From Octopus vulgaris (lineage: Eukaryota), in NCBI GenBank assembly GCA_951406725.2, contig OX597831.1, positions 49,166,001-49,230,000 of the forward strand: a DNA stretch of 64,000 nt, read 5' to 3'. Below the pieces are notes generated by a model. The model was not told the DNA's origin. It saw nothing but the letters and a program-made list of their open reading frames with translations, and made no database searches. Of this stretch, positions 54,174 to 64,000 are shown piece by piece (within the stretch, counting starts at the first letter, position 1; the number at the start of each line of letters is the position of its first letter). Made by a program: the position numbers and the translations under genes.

Positions 54174-54540
54174 TGGAGGCGCAATGGCCCAGTGGTTAGG
54201 GCAGCGGACTCGCGGTCGTAGGATCGCGGTTTCGATTCCCAGACCGGGCATTGTGAGTGTTTATTGAGCGAAAAACACCTAAAGCTTCACGAGGCTCCTG
54301 CAGGGGGTGGCGGTGAACCCTGCTGTACTCTTTCACCACAACTTTCTCTCACTCTTTCTTCCTGTTTCTGTTGTACCTGTATTTCAAAGGGCCAGCCTTG
54401 TCACACTCTGTGTCACGCTGAATCTCCTCGAGAACTACGTTTCTGTGGAATGCTCAGCCACTTGCACGTTAATTCCACGAGCAAGCTGTTCCGTTGATCG
54501 TATCAGCTTGGACCCTCATCGTCGTAACCGATGGAGTGCT
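54174..54540 (+). mobile_element. Third tRNA-derived SINE
   Basis: A box TGGCCCAGTGG and B box GTTTCGATTCC in a tRNA-like head that lacks an acceptor stem, followed by a long body. Confidence 0.75.
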
Positions 54541-54967
54541 CCTTTAAGACAAATCGCTTAGTACCTCGTAGTACCAACCGAGAAGGGGAGATAATCTAAA
54601 AAAATAAAACTGTCATGCTATTAAGAAAGACAACACAATGATCTGAAAACAAAAAGACAGTTTCATTCAACAACGTCAGCGCAGCAATTGTCCTATTTTA
54701 TCTTCAGCAGAGGAGATACTTTGATGTATGCGAAAAATAGTTGAACCTATTCATAATCTTCGTAATTTGATTAAATGAAATGAAAATGAGCAAACAGTGA
54801 TACTTTGGAGTGGTTTCAGGACTATATTTGAATAACAGTTGTGGAAGATATGCTTGGAGGTACGATCTCATATATTTCTCTATACTGTGTATCAATTGTT
54901 AACTCTTCTGATTATCGCACACACACATACACACATATATACATACACACATATACATACTCACATA

Positions 54968-55351
54968 CTCTTTTACTTGTTTTAGTCATGTGACTGTGGC
55001 CATGCTGGAGTACCGCATTTAGTCGAGCAAATCGACCCCAGGACTTATTCTTTGTAAGCCTAGTACTTATTGTATCGGTCACTTTTGCCGAAACGCTAAG
55101 TTACGGGGACGTAAACACACCAGCATCGGTTGTCAAGTGATGTTGGGGGGACAAACACAGACACACAAACATGTACACACACATACATATATATACATAC
55201 ATATATGTGACGGGCTTCTTTCAGTTTCCGTCTACCAAATCCACTCACAAGGCTTTGGTCGGCCCGAGGCTATAGTAGAAGACACTTGCCCAAGGTGCTA
55301 CGCAGTGGGACTGAACCCGGAACCATGTGGTTGGTAAGCAAGCTACTTACC
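54968..55351 (-). mobile_element. SINE of the same family (5' end runs into a microsatellite)
   Basis: Sequence similarity to 46720-47125. Confidence 0.88.
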
Positions 55352-55391
55352 TACCTACATACCTGTCTGTCTGTCTGTATCTGTCTGTTTG

Positions 55392-55464
<73 letters not shown>

Positions 55465-55548
55465 ATATCTATCTATCTATCTATGTATCTACCTACCTAC
55501 CTATCTATCTACCTACCTACCTACCTATCTATCTACCTACCTACCTAC

Positions 55549-55647
<99 letters not shown>
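55350..55647. repeat. (TATC)n/(TACC)n compound microsatellite
   Basis: Direct reading. Confidence 0.98.
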
Positions 55648-56960
55648 CACTATAATAAAGACAACGATTCATTACTTAGTTACAAATACGCAACTTTTAC
55701 TAAAAGAAAGCAATTACTAAATTGTAAACAGTCTAGAAAATTCTTAATAATTCCAATTTTCATTTTGTTTTTATCCAAGTGTACGTGTCAAGATTCTTTT
55801 ATTATTTAAGATGTCAGCTTCACGATTCAGTCAGAAACTGATTTTAATTCACTGCGACTTAACGTTAAACATTTGCATTTTTTCTCTCCTTCGTTCCTTT
55901 ACAATTCTGTCTCTCTCACTCTCTTCCTGTCCATCTCTTTGTTTACCACTTCTATTTATCTTTCTCAACCCTTTAACTTTCCTTCTCTCACTCTTATTGT
56001 CATATTTTTTCTCCAGTGTATTACTCCTCTCATTCATGAACCCTTTCTCTTTCTACATTTACATCCTTTGCCTTACATTTTTCATATGACTTTTTGTCTT
56101 TCTCTTGCACACTATTACTACAACTTTTTTTTTTTTTACCTTGCAACGCCATGTTTCTCTTTCTCTCATTCTCTCCCCCTCCTTGCTTTCTCTCGCTTCT
56201 ATTTAATTGTTTATCGTGAAAATAAGTAATTACAAAGTTCTTCTTTGACATTGAGAATATTTGTGAAAAGTTTTACACTGTATCTATTTATCACATCAAT
56301 TTTTTCATCGCAAGTTTCAAGTGTAAACCACGGTCCTTTGAGTAATGAATGCCTGGGTTATTTTCTGTAACTATGTCGATTTTGTATTTATTATTAGGTG
56401 ATATATCGATTTCATTTTACATATCTTTTGCAATACAATAATACAATATACATACTGCTCTGTTAGTTTCCACACCAGAATTTTTCAGTTCAACATGGGT
56501 CGTCCACAAAGTATGTAACTAAAACAAAATGGTTGACAACAAAGGCACGACAGCAAAAGGAGAGAAAGACAACTAAGTTAGAGAAAGCCAGAGTAAAACA
56601 ACTCAAAGAAATATATGAATAAGCATGTAGGCGTAGAGAATATGATTCTGTTTCTGCTGTACACGACAGTGAGGCTAGGGTATCTCAGGAAGAGAATAAT
56701 CAACTTCGGAAAAATAAACTGAACCAGCTTTTACATTCTGTGAATATTTTGGTGCCAATTTAATAACCATTATAGACAGAATGTCTCATGCAAATAGTAG
56801 TGAAATTCAAATAGGAACAATAGTGCAAACACGATGCTGTGGAATCACACTGAATATGTATAACGGGAGTAGACATGAGAAAAAAACATCAACTTTCAAA
56901 TTACAAACCTGTTACAGGTTTTGGCAATGACTACCACTTTCGATTACTTACAATAACATA

Positions 56961-57015
<55 letters not shown>

Positions 57016-57186
57016 GAATTTATAAAAAAACAACAAAAACTAAAGACAAAGACGGGTGTGTAAACAACAAACAAGTAAGAAGATCTTTTACGTTTCGAGC
57101 CTACGCTCGTCGACAGAAAGAAACACAGAAAAGTAAACAGGGAGAGAAAATAGAAAAAAAGGTTTAGTGGCGAGTGATCTATCATG

Positions 57187-57255
<69 letters not shown>

Positions 57256-57259
<4 letters not shown>

Positions 57260-57989
57260 CAAAAGGGACATTAGCCATTTGAATGTGGCTAGGGACAGGG
57301 CAGGGCGGAGGGGGTGTTACTGTTGCATTTAGCCCCAGGCAAACATCAACGTCACCAGAAAGGCTTGACACCATCACGGCGTCCTCTATCCTGCAAAGGG
57401 AGATCATCCACCGAAGAAGCGGAAGCCACATACGGACCCAGGTTTCGAGGTGTTTGCCTCTCGTCAACGTATGGTAGGCACCGCCCCTCGACGAACGACT
57501 CTCTGTGCAGGATATTTATATATAGATTTTCACGTAAATACATTTACTGATTTCGAAAATCTGTTCGACAGCAATAATAATTCTCTAAACGAGATATAGA
57601 CAGTAACTGCTCCATAACAAAAGGGACATTAGCCATTTGAATGTTTTTCGAAATCAGTAAATGTATGTACGTGAAAATCTATATATAAATATCCTGCACA
57701 GAGAGTCGTTCGTCGAGGGGCGGTGCCTACCATACGTTGACGAGAGGCAAACACCTCGAAACCTGGGTCCGTATGTGGCTTCCGCTTCTTCGGTGGATGA
57801 TCTCCTTTGCAGGATAGAGGACGCCGTGATGGTGTCAAGCCTTTCTGGTGACGTTGATGTTCGCCTGGGGCTAAATGCAACAGTAACACCCCCACCGCCC
57901 TGCCCTGTCCCTAGCCACATTCAAATGGCTAATGTCCCTTTTGTTATGGAGCAGTTACTGTCTATATCTCGTTTAGAGAATTATTATTG

Positions 57990-57992
<3 letters not shown>
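57256..57992. mobile_element. Penelope-type pseudo-LTR element in partial-tandem plus inverted arrangement, embedded in (TA)n
   Basis: 57645-57992 is the reverse complement of (57570-57613)+(57256-57559); the start of the unit is repeated directly at 57614-57644; carries hammerhead motifs. Confidence 0.75.
57731..57775 (+). ncRNA. Minimal hammerhead motif with C3U variant core (mirror copy on - strand at 57429-57473)
   Basis: CAUACG UUGACGA GAGG CAAACA CCUC GAAAC CUGG GUC/CGUAUG: stem I 6 bp, stem II 4 bp. Confidence 0.7.
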
Positions 57993-58049
<57 letters not shown>

Positions 58050-58249
58050 CACGGAATTTTGTCAGTGAACAGGTCGCGGTTTCAAAGCGACGAACATATT
58101 TTGAGAAATTAAATTTAAATGTTGAAGTGAATCTAACGGTTTTTTTTTTGTGTTTCTTAAAAGGCTTATAAACACCTTCCACGCTGCAATTGTTTTCGTT
58201 CCAGCACACGACCTCAGATCAGGTCACTTGCTATGCAAGTACATCTCCG

Positions 58250-58315
<66 letters not shown>

Positions 58316-58721
58316 CATTTCGGGACGGTCACTGTTTTTTGATAAATAAATACACGCAATTATATACTCATTCTTCACTTCAGCTTTACAATTGTTCCTA
58401 TTTTAGTGTCCTTTGTCATAAATCCTGCAGAGATCACAGGATGTGTGACGAAAGATTTAAGACAAAAGACACAAAAAATTATAACAATAATAAAGCTGAA
58501 GGGAAGAACGAATATATATTGCATGTGTTTATCTCCCCCCCCTCCTCAAAAAATGGCCTTAACAAAATATAGGAGTATCTGTTTTAACACACGATTTCGC
58601 ATCAGGAATCTTGCAAAACAAATACACACACATGCACATAAAAATATATACATATGTATATGTATTTGTATGTATGTATGTATGTATGTATGTATGTATG
58701 TATGTATGTATGTATGTATGT

Positions 58722-59850
58722 ACTGGGATTGAACAAAATGGAAACACCTTAAAATTTCAAACAACTTAATTTTAATATGGGGTAGGACCACATTCGGCAG
58801 TAATTACAGCTTGAATTCTACGAGGTATGGACTCATTCTTCAGCTAAAACAGTCCCCACTTCTTTTAGTGATGACTGTGGAGGTTATCGACTCTTTACTT
58901 GTTTTTCTAAAATTCACCATAAATGTTCAATAATATTGAAATCTGGGGACTGTAGTGGCCAGATAAGATGTTCAAATTCACTAGAATGCTCCTCGTGCTA
59001 TTCAGTAACAACTTTAGCTGTGTGAATTGGAGCATTATCGTCCTGAAAGATTGCCTTTCCCCCCGGAAACAGTTCCGCAACAATAGGAGGAATTTGATCC
59101 GATAAAATGCCTAAATAGTCTTGACTATTAGTTCTGCTATGAAGGGAAACCATTGGGCCGGTGGATTTCCAAGATATAGCCCCCCAGATCATCACAGATC
59201 CTCCTCCATATTTTACAACTGGAAGAAGGCAGTCTAGGTCAAATGCTTCTTTTGGCTGTCTCCACACGTATACTCGGCCGGTGGTCGGAAATAAGGTAAA
59301 GGACGACTCGTCCGAGAAAATAACATTCTTCCACTGCTCAAAGGACCAATCCTGTAGGTTTTTACTCCACACTAAACACTTTGCAAAGTTTGTTTTTGAA
59401 AGTAGTGATTTTCAGATTGCAGTCCTCCTATGAAATCCGGTTTTGTGCAATTCCCAACGAACTGTTTTTTTGAAACTGGATTCTCGAGGTGGCCATTAAG
59501 CTCTGCAATAATTTTGGGAGCTGTACTTTTGTGATCCTTTCTGACAATTCGCGTAAGAGTCCGACGGCCCCTATTTGATAGTTGTGGTTTTCTTCCGGAG
59601 CTTTGTGTCAACGAGGAGGTTTTTCCCTATTTCTCAAAGGCTGTCGTTACTTTCGAGACAGTAGTTCTTGATACACCAAACATTTCGGCTGTTTTCGTTA
59701 CGCTAGAGCCTGCCATACGAGCACCAACAATTTGACTTCTTTGAGAGTCCGATAGATCTGTCATTTTAGTGAATTTTAATTACCTTTTTCTAATGATATC
59801 TGAAAAGAAACAGTAATTTTAGCAAAACATATTAAGCAACACTAATAATA
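58722..59850 (-). mobile_element. Decayed Tc1-like DNA transposon (transposase pseudogene starting ATG at 59764)
   Basis: HTH N-terminus (IVGARMAGSSVTKTAEMFGVSRTTV), GRKPQLS, WKNVIFSDES, GGGSVMIWG, FQDDNAPIH; stops and frameshifts; one TIR-like end next to TA at ~58722. Confidence 0.9.
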
Positions 59851-60781
59851 CGTCCCTGTATTCTAGCGGTTCGGCAAAAGAAACTGATAGAATAAGTATT
59901 AGACTTTCAAAGAGTAAGTCCTGGGGTTGATTTCTTCGACTAAAAACCAGTTAAGGTGGTGCTCTAGCATGGTCTGTGTCAAAAGACTGAAACAAGTAAA
60001 AGAATAAACACACACACACAATTGGTGTCAAGACTGATACTGACTATAGGCGTTATATCCGCGACTAACACGTCTTATTTCGTTTTATTTTTCTTAGTGA
60101 AAAGGCACAATGGATCTAGCATTTCATTATTCAATTCGTACTTCCTCTTCTAACTAGATAGTTTCTGATTTGATGGTGATATGGTTTATATTGCTAACAG
60201 TTCAGTCGACCTAGTAGATGTAGCCGTTTGCTTTGTTTTTTTCTGTTGCCTGATCTTCCGTTGATAGAACACTAAATATATGATAGATAATGGAATTTTC
60301 AAACTTTCGACTAAAAAAAAAACCCATCTGAATACAATAAATGGTTTTATTGTAATAGTAAAAAAAAAAAAGAAATCATTAATTTAAAAAAAAAAATCAT
60401 AGATTTTGCATCTTTTCTAATTTTTCATCAGATAGTGTGTGTGTCTTCGCGTGTGTATGTGTGCGTGCGTGCTTGTCTGTATGTGTATAAGCATGTAGAT
60501 TTACATATGTCAGTGTGTGTTCTTCTCTCTCTCCCATTCACTCTCTCTGTTCTGCTCCTACACAATATGTATGTATACACACACATATACGCATTCATAC
60601 ATACCGATATACATGCCCACATATACGTGGGCATATATATATATATGTGTGTGTGTATATATTATGTGTATGTATATACTATGTAATTATATATATAAAC
60701 ATACTATGTACGCATATATATACACACACACATATATATATAATAAATCTTAGAGCGAGTTATAAACAGTAGCCACAACAC

Positions 60782-61247
60782 ATCGTGACGTATATTTGCC
60801 ATTTAAATATGGCTAACCCCTAAGGGTGGATGCTACTGTAGTTTGTAGCCCCAGGAGGACACCTCCTCCAGCTGGCTATAGACACACTTTCTGTGCCCTA
60901 TCAGTATTTGCAAAGGGAAGCCATCCTTCCCGTCTCCAACTTATGATACACACGGACTCGAGTTTCTGGGTATTGACTCGTCATCGGTGTGTGTGACAAT
61001 CACAGTTGTCGATGAAAAGTAGGTTCCTTTCACAAATACATATACTTTTTCCAGTATTGTAAAGACACTGATATCGAAAAAGTGTATCATAAGTTGGAGA
61101 CGGGAAGGATGGCTTCCCTTTGCAAATACTGATAGGGCACAGAAATTGTGTCTATAGCCAGCTGGAGGAGGTGTCCTCCTAGGGCTACAAACTACAGTAG
61201 CATCCACCCTTAGGGGTTAGCCATATTTAAATGGCAAATATACGTCA

Positions 61248-61251
<4 letters not shown>
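60782..61251. mobile_element. Related Penelope-type fold-back element (170-bp arms, ~130-bp spacer)
   Basis: 60782-60951 is inverted at 61082-61251; shares GCCATTT.AAT.TGGCTA and TAGCCCCAGG with the 57.3-kb element; degenerate hammerhead at 60949-60993. Confidence 0.7.
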
Positions 61252-61325
<74 letters not shown>

Positions 61326-62218
61326 TCACACACATATATATATTCATAGATTGATATGGGTATCTTTAGGAAAAAAGAACACTAACATTTGAAAAGAAAC
61401 AGTACAAAACAATATAGCGCGTGCACACACGCACGCACACGCATGCACACACACACGCGCGTGCACACACACATAGGTGTATGTATGTTTGTGTATATAT
61501 AAATATATATATTGGGTTGACCAAAAAGTCTGTTCTGTTTTTGTTAACACTAAACTACAAGTGGTCTAATAACTTCAATCAGTCCCTTGTGCATGCTCAC
61601 GTGATAGATACTTGATACTTGATGAAGTTGGGCGCGAATTTGTGAAAAGACAAGCTCTGATTTGTCTGCTTGTACAAATACAATTTGTAAGTGGAACAAT
61701 ATAAATATTTAAGACTTTTCTCAAGTTTAAAATGTGAATTTTTTTTTTTGTTATCTGAATTTCAACGATGGAAGCTTTGTATCTTTGTTAGAAACCAGCT
61801 CGTCTCCAAGAGGAAGACTTCAAATAATTAAAAAAATTGAGGAAGACATACATACATACACACTCAGAGAGAGACTACGTAAGCGATGCAAAAGGTGAGA
61901 GAGGATAACAGGGAGAGATGTAAAGGGTAAGTTGAAGTAAAACTTGCAATCAGCGATATCTTATTCTTCTTATGATGAATAACGTATTATCGCTGCAATG
62001 TTTTTATCATCTTCTAGTTCACATGCCATTTTGAACAAATTTGCCTGAATATTTCATAAGGCGATGTACATGCAATTCTATTATCTTTCTTCGACAGACA
62101 GCTTATCGTATGTTTCTTTGAAACTAGAAATTTTAATCCGTTTTCTTTTTGTTCCGTTATTGTTTATTACTATTAATGTATATTTGTAGTTTTACATCTG
62201 TATATTTTTTTGTACTTA

Positions 62219-62325
62219 CTCCTCCTCCTCCTCCTCCTCCTCCTCATCATCATCATCATCATCATCATCATCACCATCATCATCACCATCATCATCATCA
62301 CCATCATCACCATCATCACCAGCAA

Positions 62326-62401
<76 letters not shown>
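62219..62401. repeat. (CCT)n(CAT)n trinucleotide microsatellite
   Basis: Direct reading. Confidence 0.98.
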
Positions 62402-62827
62402 TCTTTCTTTTTATGGCTATTCCCCACCTTCTCACCCCCATTACGCTCCACCCACTATCTACTAAATAAATTATCCAAATCCACTATTCTCTTATAATAA
62501 ATAGTTTAAAGCCACCGACTTTATCTTAAAGAACTTTACATTCAATTTAGAAAGAAGTTTTACCAAATCCAATTTAACACTTATATATCACATTTCGTTT
62601 AGATTTTAACACCGAAATCTCTCCTTCCATACTCTTTATTCTCTTTAAGCCTTCATTTTTATGTTTTACATATTTTTCTTCCATATAGCTTCTCTTTACG
62701 CTCGTCTGCCGCCTTTCTTTCTTTCTTTCTTAATCATGCTCTTTGTTTAAAAAATTCTTTTATCTATTCTATCTGACTACCTGCATATCCATCATCTCGC
62801 TTATCTTCTCATTCTGGTATATTCCAA

Positions 62828-62878
<51 letters not shown>

Positions 62879-63373
62879 ACCTGCCTGCCTGCCTGCTCAC
62901 TTACCTACCTACCTACCTACCTACCTACCTACCTACCTACCTACCTACCTACCTACTTACCTACCTGCCAGCCTATCTCCATTCCTCCTTCTCTTCCTCC
63001 CTTCCTCCCTCGCTCCTTCCCTGCCTGCCTGCCTGCCTGCTTGCCTACCTGCCTGCCTCCCTTCCTGCCTGCCTGCCTGCCTATCTACCCACTTTCTCCC
63101 TTCCTCCCTCCTTCCCTACCTACCTACCTACCTACCTACCTACCTACCTACCTACCTACCTACCTACCTACCTACCTACCTACCTACTTACCTACCTACC
63201 TACCTACCTACCTACCTACCAACCTACCTACCTACCTACCTACCTACCTACCTACCTACCTACCAACCTACCTACCTTCTTAGCGTTTTACCTAATTTCC
63301 TATAATCCAAAACCAACCAACCAACCAACCAACCAACCAACCAACTAGCCAATCAACAAGCCAACCAACCAAC
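62828..63373. repeat. (CCTG)n/(CCTA)n/(CCAA)n compound tetranucleotide repeat
   Basis: Direct reading. Confidence 0.97.
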
Positions 63374-64000
63374 TTTCCTACTACCTACATATATTACCGT
63401 AAATTCTTGAGTATAATCCGCATTTTCCCCCCAAAATTTAAAGGTCAAATTCCCTAGTTAAAATGAAAAACATTTTCTAAGCAATGACCGAGTCTCTATT
63501 TGCTGTCCGGCAATTTTTATTCATTTTGTGATGTTGAGCGCGAAAATACCTTAAGCTAAGCTTGAAAGCAATGAAGTCATAAAAGAATCATCCATAACTT
63601 GCAGTAAGCAACATTTATTAAAATAAAAGTATTCATAACACAGAATAACATGTAACAAAACAATTTGCAAACGGTATTTACATTCCCATATAACAGTTAA
63701 GAACATCACCATTATTGCATTACGCATGCGCGGAAGTGTTTGTTCGACTAGGTGCTGCTGGCTTAATTACGAACGAATCATAGATAAATACTTCTAGTAA
63801 GAAACGTGGAGGAAACATTTATAAAATAATAATTAACATCTGGGTATATCAATCTTCTCCTTTACTGGCCAACCTGGGGCTCGCGGCCCGCAGACTTTTA
63901 TCTTGTGGCCCGCTTGATACTTTCTTGAAATGTGTTTATTTAAACTAATATTTTAAAAATTTTATCAAAAATTAAAGATTGTAATGAAAAGTAAAAAAGA

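Noticed and set aside
54177-54250. tRNA-like sequence
   Set aside because: Has A and B boxes but no closing acceptor stem and continues into a SINE body.
58383-58497. Long hairpin flanked by gcttt/aaagc with GGAACAATTGTA on the minus strand
   Set aside because: May be a hammerhead relic but the CUGANGA core is missing.
61512-64000. Single transposon-like termini at ~61512 (mariner), ~63397 (pogo-like) and ~63864 (hAT-like)
   Set aside because: Only one end recognisable for each; not enough support to annotate.

Overview
AT-rich, repeat-dense eukaryotic DNA. The SINE families, RTE LINE and microsatellite load look like an Octopus (coleoid cephalopod) genome; this is inferred from recognition of the repeats, not from a search. 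No intact protein-coding gene is visible, and almost all ORFs in the track are microsatellite or transposon artefacts. Bases 1-~41.8 kb are a tandem segmental duplication of about 3.02 units (12.8-14.6 kb). Each unit carries two minus-strand 164-nt U1 snRNA genes (six in all) plus shared mariner, hAT-MITE, Helitron, Gypsy-gag, L1/Tx1-like and SINE remnants. The U1 genes keep the 5' splice-site-pairing end and the secondary structure, but share a non-canonical Sm site (AUUUCUAAG) and a diverged loop I, have an octamer and a TATA-like element close to +1, and show signs of gene conversion. Bases ~41.8-64 kb are non-duplicated repeat DNA that includes several short Penelope-like elements inserted in (TA)n tracts carrying minimal type-I hammerhead ribozymes, a Naiad-like Penelope ORF relic, a Tc1 relic and a CR1-like 3' end. 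A recurring theme is that truncated retroelements of unrelated clades end in fold-back (inverted duplication) hairpins. All coordinates were read by eye; repeat boundaries are approximate.
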